Origin: Raillietiella orientalis
Taxonomy: Eukaryota
DNA length: 64,000 nucleotides
Assembly (NCBI GenBank): GCA_036172245.1
Contig: JAYWIR010000032.1
Coordinates: forward strand, 1-64,000
Direction: 5' to 3'
A program made the translations under genes and the position numbers. The notes under the pieces are model-generated. The model made no database searches and was not told the origin of the DNA. It saw only the letters and a list, made by a program, of their open reading frames with translations. Shown here piece after piece: positions 47,441 through 58,900 of this stretch. Within the stretch, counting starts at the first letter, position 1. The number at the start of each line of letters is the position of its first letter.

Positions 47441-48656
47441 TGCCGTCACTGCGGGCACGACCGGCTCAGGATCGACGGTATCGATCGCCTTTACCGTTAC
47501 TTTCTTTACGGCTCTGGCGATCGAGACGCGTTCGATCTTCACCGTACACGCGCGGACGACCGGTTTCTGCTTTTTCGGCGCCGCCTTGTTTATCTTTTTT
47601 GCCTCCTTCTTCTGGGGCTTCTTCCTTTCTACCTTTTGCCAACCTTCCTCGGTCTCGGCGCTTTCTCCAGCTGGTTGTTCGCTGGTGGATGCCTGAGTAG
47701 CGGGTTGGTCGGCAGGGCGGGATTCTGCCAGTTGTTGGCTTCGGTCCTTTTCCTTCGGCGTCTCTTCCTTCCTCGCGCCTGACGGAACGGACCTTTTTCG
47801 GTTGGGGCACATCCGCCTGATGTGCCCCTTCTCCCCACAGCCCAAGCACACGATGTTGGGGCATTTCTTTTTTAAATGCCCCGACACCTGGAAAAAGCCG
47901 CAGTATACGGGTTTCCCCACATACCACAGGTCGATCTCCTCCTCCCCGACCTGCAGTCTGTGGGGTAGCCCACCCTCGGCACGTACCGTCACGCGCGCAG
48001 CGGCGTAACCACTAAATGCCCTGGTGTAACCCAGGACATTGGGTTGTGCCCACAACGCGTGAACGGTCCCGAACTTCTCTAACGATTCTCGCACGGCGCT
48101 CTTTGCCATGCGCATCGTTATGCCGGTCAAATGCACCACGATGGAGTTGTCCGCCGTGAACGGGAAGATCCTTCTCCCGTTCACGGTCACCGGCAGGCGG
48201 AGCAGCTGCGGAGCCATCCCTGCAGATTTGCAGTTCAGCTCAACCAGCTGCCCGCCACTCCTAACCGAAAGCCCGAGGACTTCGTCCTCCGGGACTTTCA
48301 ACTTTTTAAACTCCGCGGCGAACGATCGTAACACCGCGGGGGAGTACAGGCCACCTACCTTGTACAGTAGGGCCGGGTTGTAGCCGTCGGCCATATAGGC
48401 CCGCTGTTCCTCTGCGGGGGGCGGCGCAGGCGCCGCCACCACCGCGCTCCAAGCCCTCGCCGGGGCGGGGGACGATTCCGTGGGGGGGATGGCCCCCACA
48501 TCCATGGGCTGGGGGGACGAGGCTCGCTCGCCCCCCTCCGCCGTCTTTGCGGCGTCCTCGGGCATCTCTGCCCAGGAACAACCGCTCACAGCTGAAAACA
48601 CCGAAAACACTCGCGAGAAAAACGCGGAGCACCACACAAGCACGTCCACCCTCTCA
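47441..48656 (-). mobile_element. Element Y, 5' segment: 5' UTR and N-terminal part of ORF1 (ATG 48565)
   Basis: ORF1 reads ...PEPVVPAVT and resumes across X as AVTSPSADDN (41243-41798); GACGTGCTT near 48646. Confidence 0.92.
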
Positions 48657-49729
48657 GGCGGCGGGTTGAACAGCTGGCGTGACGTCACATCGCATCGATC
48701 CGTCAGCGGAGCGAGTATCGATCGCCGGCACGCGTTTGATGGCCACGCTTCACGCTTTGATTGTTGGGCGTGGCGCGTCCTTCCCCTTGCCCTTCACCAC
48801 TTTCGCCGGTGCGGGCGCGGTTTTCTTGACGATTTTTATTTTACGGGTGACCAGCTGTCAGCCTTCCTCGTCGGCAGTCTTTTCCGGGAGCTCCTGTACC
48901 GAGTCCCTTTCCTGCTGCGCGACTTTTGTCTTAGCCGACGGCTGATCCCCTTTTGTGGGGTTTATTACTATTTTTGCCTTTTCTTCCTTCTTTTGAGGAA
49001 GTTCCGGCGTTGGAGCGACGTTCATCGGGCACACCACTTTCGTGTGGCTCTTCGCGCCGCACGTTGGGCAAACTGCGTCCGGGCACCGCTTTTTCAAATG
49101 CCCGAACGACTTACAGTTTCCACAAAATTTAGGTTTCCCCACAAACAAAATGTCGACGAACTCGTCGCCAATTTGGAGCTTGTGGGGAAGCTGTACGCTT
49201 TCTCGAAGCGTTACGCGCGCGCCTACTCGCCCACTAAATGCACCGTTCACTCCGAAGGTGTTGGGCTTTCTCCACATCGCGAAAACGCTTGCGAATTTTT
49301 CCAGTTCAGCGCGGATGGCGTTCTCATCCATCCGCACTGTTGTCCCTGTTAGGTGGACAACAATGGAGTGGTCCACCGTGTGTGGGAGTAAATTCCTGCC
49401 CTCAAATTGTACGGGCGTGCAGAGCATCTTGTGGGTAAGAGCTGCATCCTTGCAGATGAGCTCGGGCAACTGCCCTCCGCTCCGTATTGACAGGCAAAGA
49501 ATTTCATGGTCGGCAATGCCCATCTTTTTGATGGCATTGCCGAATTTTCGCGCCCGTAACGGGGAATATAAATTTCCTACCTTGTACAGGAGGGCCGGAT
49601 TGTAGCCCTCCTGGATGTAGGATTGGATTTCGGCGGCGACATCGGGCGTTTCTTCCGCTGCCACGGCGCTCTAGGCCTTCGCCGTAGTGGCGGGTTCAGA
49701 AGTAGTGGTGGGGTGTGATCCCACCTCCA
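48657..49729 (-). mobile_element. Element Z, 5' segment: N-terminal ORF1 (broken); extreme 5' end lost
   Basis: YNPALLYKVG...CGNCKSFGHLKKRC, CPTCGAKSHTKVVC; reads ...AVQPAA and resumes across Y as QSAAAPTPT. Confidence 0.88.
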
Positions 49730-51205
49730 GATCTAGGATCCGCCTCAAAGATTTGGTTGCTCCGCGTCGGGATGCTGGTTTGGCTATCCTGACAATGGAG
49801 CGAATCGTTCTGCAGGTTCATTTCCGACTGCTAACACTGTGTGCCCAGCTATGGACATCCCCCCTGTGTGTGCCAGCTCGCATTCTCCTGCGTAGATACG
49901 CCGGCAGCGGAGGATTTTTCTCGCTTCTGCCGGGCACTCAATGCAGGAAGCGGGGTTTTGGGTTTCCATTGCGGCAGTTGACCGCACTTCTGGAAGCTCA
50001 CACCTGCATCTCCTGCCGCCCAATGAACTTTCAAGATTGGCGGCAAGAGTCTGTTGAATTCTGGGCGGCTTTTCAAGAAATACGCCCTGAAGGTCTTTGC
50101 CCCCTGCTCTAATTTTTGCCACGATCCTTGGAAGAAGTGCTGCAGGACAAGGTGAAGTTTTCTACCCTGGCTGCCACGCCTCTTGCCGCAGCGCTGTCTG
50201 GCCTCAGGGCAAGAAACGATAGTTGCCAACCGGCGAGTTGCGAGGTTTCCTTCACGATAGCGGGAAAAACCAAACTCCTTGGCGCCTGGAAGACGAGTGA
50301 GTTGGCGGACGCCGCCACTCCTCGTGTTACTGCAAAGGGACTCCTCCGGTGGACAGAAGAACTTGCTGTCAGCTTCGGAGAACTTGTAGTCCATGCACAG
50401 TGTGTTGACAGTTCGCTGCTCCCCCTTGCTTGGAAACAAGCCGTGCTGGTTTTCGTTCACTGGGGTTTTCAGTGTAACGAGCGTGGGCATCGTGACTTCG
50501 GGGGACTTGCATCTACGAACTGCGTTCGTTGCGGATCGACGGAGTCGATTCCGCACCTACTTCTGGACTGCAGCGTCCTACAAGGACTATGGCGTAGGCT
50601 GGCTACAGCACTAATGCAACCCGTGGACACCGCAAGAGACTTGCTGCGACGATTCTTTACGCCGATCGGGCTGTCCCTAAGCGCAAGAATTGCTACCATC
50701 GGTTGCATACGCGCGATAGTTTCCGTCCACCAGGCGCTGGTAATCAACGGAGAGCACCAAGAGGTAATCAGCAAAGCATCCTTCTACATAAGAGCATTCG
50801 CTAGATGGCCTTATTTGACAGAAGAGACAAAAAGGAATCTCAACGCAATACACCGCCGGTTTACACACGCTCAGCAGCGGCCAACCCGGTGATCATTGCC
50901 CTCCCCTCCATAAACCAATTTTGTATTTTCTTTTTACACCCGCGTTCCCATAGGCTCCGGAACATATTAGGTGCTCATCGTTTAAATCCCCGTGAGTACG
51001 GAGCCTAACAAAAAACCCGTTACCCTTCCCTCCAGTTTTTGATTTTTGTTTGTTTCCCCTCATTCCTTCCACGTTGCGAGCGGTTGGTTTACCAGGCCTG
51101 CGAGCCGGTAATTTTTCTATGTTCTCTGTCATTTTGTTGGTTGAGGACATTGTCCCTGACCAGTTTATTATTATTAATAAACGCCCCGGCGTAACGGGGT
51201 GGTAA
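49730..51205 (+). mobile_element. Element P: 3' fragment (ORF2 C-terminal domain to 50892, 3' UTR and terminus)
   Basis: RIRLKDLVAPRRDAGL...CVRC..ESIPHLLLDC; terminus AATAAACGCCCCGGCGTAACGGGGTGGTAA. Confidence 0.9.
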
Positions 51206-54200
51206 ATTTCAATCTCGGCCTGCTAACAGGTGAGCCTGAAACACGAGAGAACGCGATGAACAAGTTGTGCGCCGCTATGCGTGCGCGCTACTTGTTCGCG
51301 GGTGAGATGGGAATGGTCCGCAGCATCGACTACGTCTTCCTCGACGCTGACCTGTGTTCACGGGTCGGCAAACGGAGGAAGATTGCCTCGACGCCGTCGG
51401 ACCATCCGCGGCTAATTTTCGAGATGCGGCCTCGCGACAAGGGACCGCCATCCAGGGACTTGCGTCTCCCCGGGGACTGGACGCGCCTATCAGGTGCAAA
51501 GGTACACCTTCGCGAATACCCGAGAAGCGTCACGCTCCCGAATCTCCAGGACTGGGACCTATTTGAGGAATCGGTCCGCGAGTTCTGCGAGCACTTCCCC
51601 CTGGATTGCCTGCCTCCCGGATTTTGCGAGGGTCCTTGCAACCATCGAGCCTATTTACAGGCCCATCGCTACGAGAGAACCCCTAATGTACGTCCCTTGG
51701 CCCACTACCGCGCTGGGGCCGAACGGCAAGCCTGGCAATCCGAATTGGCCAGGTTGCTGGACGACCAGGGCCGGGAATGTTCGTCGCCGGCGTCGATACC
51801 ACATTTCATGCGGAGATTTTTTTCATCCCTCTACGCAAGGACGCCTCCGGACCAAGATGACTCTCGGCGCTTGCTCCCCGATGGTGCCCCGGCAATAGTA
51901 AAAGAGGAGTCGATAAGCCTTGACGAGCCTTTAATTACCGCCGAAATTCTCGCCGATATCAAAAGGCGCAAGAGGTTTAAGGCGCCAGGGGAGGACGGCT
52001 TGCCCGCAATGTTCTTTCAGTGCATCGCGGAGGAGCTGGCACCCCTGGTGCTCGTGTTGACAGGGCTGATCCGAGACGAAGGCGATGTTCCCGCCTCGTT
52101 TCGGTGAGCCAGAGTGAGGCTCCTTTCGAAAGGGGGAGACCTCAGGAAATTGAACAACTAACGTCTGATCACGATCGTGAACGCGGACGCCAAGTTGCAA
52201 GCAGGGCTATGGGATTCGCGTTTGGGGCAGGTGGCAGAATCCGTAATTAGCCCGTAGCAGACTTATGCTGTTCCTGGGAGGAGTATGGATGCCAACCTCT
52301 TCATCGCAAGCTCATGGGTGCACCTGCAGAGAAGAGAAAAGAAAGGGATAGGGAAAGTAGGCAACCCTACATTGGGGCCGCCAGCCGGGCTTGGAAGCGA
52401 CCCCCGGGCGGGGAACGAGGCCCTAGCGATCGCAGTCGATCTCCCTAAGGCGTTCGACTGTGTAGACCAGGACATCCTATAGGAGCTCCTAGGTCGCATG
52501 GGCTTCCCACCATCCTTGATTTCCTACCTGCGCTCTTGCTGGCGGAACGCAATAATTTCGAACCTTTTCAGCAGTCAAAAGGTGCATGCTGTGCCGGTGC
52601 GGCGTGGCATACGGCAGGCAGAAAGTCTCAGTCCCCTGCTCTTTAGCTCCTACTTTGAGTTGGTGCTGAGAGTGTACAGGGTGACTTTGGCCCCCTTGCC
52701 GAGCTCGTGCCCCGGCACGCCCGCAGTAAGTGTTTATGCCGACGATCATCTGCTCCTGTTACCTATGTCCACCCCGGCGAAGGCGGTCGGAGTTTTCTTC
52801 GACCTGCTCAGCCGCGAGACCGGACTGCAGGTGAACAGGGCGAAGTCGTCGGTGGTGCCAGTTGGTGCGACGTCAGCAGGGTCGCAGGACTAGGTCCGTT
52901 TGAAGATCCCCACGACAAGGTGCTTCAAGTACCTTGGTGTGCCGTTGGAAGAGTTCTCCCCTGCGAAAGCGTGGTCCAGCTGACTCTAAAAAGTCGAGAC
53001 GGCGATCGGCTTGTTCCTGGAAAGCAAGTTTCACTTGCCGGAACGAGCCGCGGTTTGGAACGCCTTTGCGGCCCCTATCCTCTGCCCCTTGCTTTTTGTT
53101 TGCCCTGCCCTAGGAGTAGTTAAAAAGTGGACGAAGGACCTCCTTCGCATCGCCCTTTGGGGCAAGGGGAGGCCCCGATTCCCTTTGAAGGACCTTTGCG
53201 CTCCTCGTCGGGACGGCCGAGTTAACCTTCTGACGCTGGAGCGCCTGGAGAAACAGCTGCGATGGCGTGCCCTCGACATCGCAGCGAAGATGTGGAGCAC
53301 CCCGTGGTGCATTCCGGCTCGCTTCCTCGCCAGTCGTATGTCCCGGTGCGAGGGACTTGCGTCTTTTCTTCTGTGCCCCGGCCGAAAGATCAAAAGATGC
53401 GGCCTACAGCTCCGCCGCAAGGCATCGTTGGCTATGGAGAACAGCTGGATGGTTTGCTGCTCCGCCTACTCCTCCGCCTGGCTGGAGAAGTACATCGGAA
53501 CGTGGGCTGTGGTGAACCAGAGAAGCCACGTAACGTGGAATCGTCTCCGATGCGGGCTCTACGCCCGCTGCACTCTGAGGAATCTCTTGGAGAATCCAGC
53601 TAGAAGCACGTGGGCAGAGGCAACATGCCTGGCTGCGGCGCTGATCTTCCAGAGGAGGGAGCTTCACAGCAGTCGGACGCCAAGGTGGCAAGTCTCCTGC
53701 TGCATCGAGGGAGGGGAGAAAGGAATGAGCGGCTGGACCATGGGTCAACTGGCGGACGCCACGACCCCGAGCGTCCAGCCGCGAGGATTAAGAAGATGGG
53801 CGAGCTACTGGCCATCCCTATGGATGTACTGAAGTGGCCCCCGCTTCTTCAGGAATCCAGGATCCTGCCCCTTAAGTGGAAAGAGTCGGCGTTGCTGTTG
53901 TTGCATTGGGGTCTACCCTGCAACGCGCGCCGCTTCCACTGGACGAGGGGAGCTGTGGATCCTGCGTGTGCCAGGTGCGGGGAGCGGGAGTCGCTTCCCC
54001 ACCTTATTGTGGATTGTGCTGCCCTCCGTCCCCTTTGGGAACGGTTTGGGAGGACCCTCGGTCTCCCTACGGGCAGTTCCCCTAGAGACGTTCCTCGGCC
54101 CCTCTTCGTGAAGGAAGCCCTGCAGCCAGCCGCAGCCCTTGCAGCCTTGTGCTGCATCCGAGGAATCGTGGCTGCATAAAGCGACACCAACAAGGAAGGA

Positions 54201-54550
54201 GTGGGTCAACAGGCGAGGGATGTCATCCCATATGCCCAACGCTTCTTGCGGAGAGCTGCTGGATGGCCCCAACTAGGGAACATACGGATGGACCTCGAGA
54301 GCTTCCTTCAACGGATGGGCCTCCTCTCAGCGAACAGTGATCCCTTCCCTGCCCTGCAACCTCTTTTGTTTGTTTGCGTTTTTATTTTTACTTTTGTTAT
54401 TTCCCCATCCACTCTCGTTGCTGGGGAGTGCCACGCCGGGCTGCGTCCCGGCGTCCCTATATGTCCCGTGCATAAGGCCGTGAGCGTGGCCTGGTGCCGT
54501 AATTGTAGAGTGTTTTATTAATATACGCCCCGGGCGTCCCCGGGTGGCAA
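51206..54550 (+). mobile_element. Element V: ORF2 pseudogene from mid-APE (FNLGLL) to 54340, plus 3' end
   Basis: ORFs 51199-52107, 52285-52482, 52498-52893 (YADD), 53011-53832 and 53610-54179; terminus ACGCCCCGGGCGTCCCCGGGTGGCAA. Confidence 0.92.
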
Positions 54551-55990
54551 CTCCAAATGCTCGGTGCAGGCGGTGCAAAGGGAAATCCTCGCAGAACTCG
54601 CGGACCGAGACCTTCATGCGGTCCCAATCTTCGAGGTTGCGGAGGATGACGCCTCTCACGAACTGACGGAGATGTTCCGCCGCACCGGAAATGCGCGTCC
54701 AGTCCCCTGGCATACGCCACGCCCTGGATGGTGGTCCTTTGTCGCGTGGCATAATTTCGATTATCAACCGGAAGTGGTCCGATTGCGTCGTCGGAATTTT
54801 CACTCGTCTGCCGACCCGTGGGCACAGGTCGGCGTCAAGGAAGACGTGGTCTACGGTTTGGGCCATTTCCGGTAGGTCCCCCAGCAAGTTGCGCGTACGC
54901 ATAGCGGCGCACAACTCGTTGGTTGCGTCTTTTTGCCTGCATGGCACACCTGAGAGCAGGCGGATGTTGAAATTACCACCGATCAGATGTGGCTTGCGTA
55001 CGTTTGTATCTGCCAGCCAGTCGCGCTTCAGGATTTCGAGGAACCGGGAACGTTCACCGTACCCGCGTCCTCTGCTCGGAGCGTACACATTAGTCACGAC
55101 AAGGTCGATCGAGTCGGACCACCTAATTATAAGCTGGCCAACCCGACTGTCGTTGTCGAATCGTACGTCCTTGACGAAGGAAGCGACTGCTGGCTTCATA
55201 AAAAACGCGACGCCACAGGTGTTGCGAGCGCCGCATTGCCCAAACAGACGACCCCCTGCGATCCTTTCGATCTCCTGGGCGTTCTCCGCGGTGATCACGT
55301 GGATCCCCTGCAGGAGTGCCAGGTCGAAGTCACGCAGAGTGTCGGCCGTGTCCCGCCTGTTGCCGTCATCGCGCAGCCCGTTGACGTTCCAGCAGGCTAC
55401 GCGTATCCTACGGCGACAGGCAAGTCCAGGTGTTAATCCTGGGAAATTGACAATCGGGCTCCCGCCATCTTTTCGGGCGGGACGCTAGGAGGAGGGGGAG
55501 CGTCGCGCATTGCATCTCCCTCCTCCATGGAGGACGATTCGTCGTCGGGGCCTTGCAGAGGAAGTAGAGGTTCACCCACCTGCACATCCTCCTCCATGGG
55601 GGTCGCTAGCTGCACGGTGTCGGGGAATGAGATATTCCCACCCTCGCCTCCTACGCTGCCGGCTTTCCCCTCGGGGGCCGATTCATCCGCCTCTTTATTG
55701 ATCCGTATGCGCCTCCTGGGATTCTGAGACTTACGTCCCGTCTTCTTTGGTAGCGCCTCTGCTGAGGAGGACGCCCTTTCGACGTCCGAATCGGCCTCAC
55801 CTGCCTCCGGAGCCTTCCTCGCGGCCGGCCTTTGCAAGGCTTTTCGCGAGTTCTTTTCACGGCCTTGCAATTCAGCATCGAGTTCTTCCACTGCCTGCTG
55901 GAAGGCGGCCTCCTCGATCGCGTCGAGCGCGGCGCGCGGTTCCCCCTCTGTTTCGCCAGAGGGTTCACCATGGACCGTCGAGGATTCGGC
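54551..55990 (-). mobile_element. Element U: ORF1 C-terminal part and APE domain, cut off by V; upstream boundary uncertain
   Basis: WNVNGLRDDG, NVYAP, GGNFN, SDH in 54551-55432; ORF1 tail 55433-55891 (MEELDAELQ...KALQRPA). Confidence 0.85.
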
Positions 55991-58900
55991 GGACTCTTTT
56001 TCTCCTCCCTTCTCTCCCCTTTCCCTTTTCTCCTCCCTCCTTTGCCTTTTTTCCCTTCCCGTTTCTCCCTTTCCTCTTCCCCGCTCCTCGCCCTCTTCGT
56101 TCGTAGTCCCCGCCGCCGCTACGGCGCGCGGAGGGCGTCGGACGACGCGGGGAGGAGGGGACGCTCCGGGAAGGCAGGAATGTCTCCGGGATTGCGGGTC
56201 CCGCTGCCAAGGATGGTTTGCTTTTATGTGGGATCAGGAGGTGCACCCGTTGCTCGCCTTCTTCTCGAGACCCGATTCCCAGAGGGCTCTCCCACCTCGC
56301 TCTAGAGAAAAAACGGGAAGCCGTCCCGTAAGGCACGGGAACGAGGGCGTTCCACTCGCCGCTCCCCACCCAACACCAGTTCCGAGCTCTTCCTCAGGTG
56401 CTGTTGCTGCTGCTGTTCCTCCTCCTCTTCCTCCTCCCTGACTAGTAGGTAAGTGGGTGGGGCTTTTTCTTTCTGCGTTTGCGCTTAAGGATCCTTCAAG
56501 GGAGGCGAAGGGAAAAAGGAAAATAAAAAAAAAAAAAAATTGGAGTTCGCGCGCCAAGGGAGCGCATGCTCCTTTTTCCGTTCCGCCTCCCGGAAACGAT
56601 GGTGGGGTCCCGAGATCGATATCTCTATTTCCTTTATGAGCGAATTCGATCCCGTAAGGTCCCCCAGACCTCAGCGATCGCGCCCATCCAGCCAGCAGGG
56701 ACAAGAAAGGCGGATGTGGAAGAAGAAACGCCGGGAGAAGAGGAGGAAAAGACGGAACGCACCTTCGTATCCAGAGGCACATGCATTAGGATCTTCCCGG
56801 TTTTTCGGGAGAGATGGCTTTTTACTCCAAGCAAACAAACGTCACGTCACGGCATAAATATGCTGGAATCCTCTTCCCCCGGTCCTTTTCGAAATTTCAC
56901 TTTTTTTTTTTTTTAGCAGCGCCCCCTTGTCGATCTTGGAAGGCGGGGGCGGAGGAGACGAATGGAAGAGAAGACGAAAAAGAAGGAAGAAGAAAAAGCA
57001 CTCGGGACGTCACAGGGCACGCAGATCGCGGGCAGCACATCTGCCGCGCGCGGATGGGAACCGAGAGCAGACCCTACTGCCAGGGAACATCGACCGCACG
57101 TTCAAGGAAGTCCGAGCCGTTCCCATATTTCCGCTATTTGCGCCGCATTCCAAAAGCCCGCCTGTCCGGTTTTTTTTTCCCCCGAGCGAACGAGCGAGAG
57201 GGTAAAGTCCCAAACTCCCCCGGGGGTGGCCTCTCTGCTTCTGCGGGTGGGTGGACGGATTCTTGAGGCGGAGCTGCCGGGAAGCCAACTCGCAGTGCGT
57301 GACACAGCTTTGCTCAAAAAGGCTTCCAGCAGTACGCATGAACGAACTGACTAAACGGCGATCTACGACGACGGTTCATCCGCCCACGGTCCTCCATCAA
57401 TCGCCAACAGACTGCACCACAGTCTGCGGCCGTCCTGACTGCCCAAACTGTTGGCAACAATGCTACGTGCCCAGGCCATTGTCGTGCAGCTCACGGTGCT
57501 GCTCGTTACCCATTGGTTACGCACGAAAGTGGGTGCGCGTGACGTCTGCTTCCATTGTTGGTAACATTGCTGAATGCCTTGCGATCGCCGTGCCGCTCGC
57601 GATCTTGATCGCTCCTCATTGGTTGTTTGCAGAAAACTGTTAAGAGCCTCGGCAGCTGCGGTTGATGCTCATTCTACTGATCTTTATGATTCGTCATTTC
57701 ATCAAATTCTGCTTGACTTGTCCTCTGCACGCTCTGAATCACACTGTGCTGCATTGCAAGATGGGCGCGGTGTGATGCCGTGTGACGTCAAAATCTTCCG
57801 CAAGCAGATCTTTCCTGATTCGTTTCTGAGTAACAGTAGTTTCCTTCGAAGGATCTGAGACAGACGTTTCGTAGACTGTGCTCACCCACTCTGAAAGCCA
57901 TTGAATTAAAGCAGAGTTGTTGGAATATGGAAGAAAGGAAGACCCAGGGATAGGTAAGAGTGGCTAATCGATGTCCTGGATTCCCTTTAACGCTGCTATG
58001 ATCTTGCCAGCTCCAATTCATATGACTCACCCACCACTGCCTCAAGGGCAACGACGCGAGGTAAACACAATAATTAACGCAGCACATAAAGACGCGCTCT
58101 GCTGAAATAAAAGAGGATGCGGAACAGACAGAAATCCCGAAGCGGGATCGGGAAGGAAGTCTCCTTACAGATGCCGACGCCTCCCTCCGAGGTTCACCCT
58201 CTCGAGAGCCGTGCAATGGCAAAAAGATCCGGATGTTGACAAAAGCATTGGAGCTCCCTTTTGGGAGGAGATTTTGATGGTGCGCGGAAGAGCTATCCAC
58301 TGCAACATTCGGAAGAGTGGCGACTGCTCTTACATCTTCGCGCGAAATGTGTCACGACCGATAGCGCGGGGTGCAAGGTACTTCCGATCCCGTTCTTAGT
58401 AATTCCTAAGAGACGGCTGTGTTCTTGGGAACCTCCGAAAGGAGCGGAAGAATCACTTCAGCATCCAGCATCGAGGAGCAGAAGCAGTTTTTCTCGTCTC
58501 TCTTGCTGACATGGCGCACCGAAAGGATGGCGGTGACAGCTGCGGTTCTTCGGGGATCCAGCCGCAAACAGAAACGCGCAAACGGGAAGGCACTCAAGTG
58601 TGTCGCACGCACGTGCACAATAATATGCGGGCTCTTCCTTCTGCGAAGAAAAAATCTTTTCCCATCATGGCTTAATTCTTTTTCCTCTTTTTTCCCTGTC
58701 ATGTGGGACGCCGCGCTCCGGCCGGCGTGACGAACTGGAACGCTGCCGGAGGTTGTCTTTACTGAGCGTGAGTCCGTGCCTCGTGGAATTCCACAAGAAA
58801 CCTGGCTGCCCTGGTGATCCTGCCTCCTCCACCACGCCTCCTTTTCGGTCTTGCCGGCTGCTGCTACGAGCTCCGACGCCTTCGGCGCAGAGGAACGACA

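Noticed and set aside
49730..51205. Treating P as the 3' half of W, closing the nest
   Set aside because: Possible, but P's 3' flank is element V APE and not the expected 5' ORF1 of T, and no TSD can be shown.
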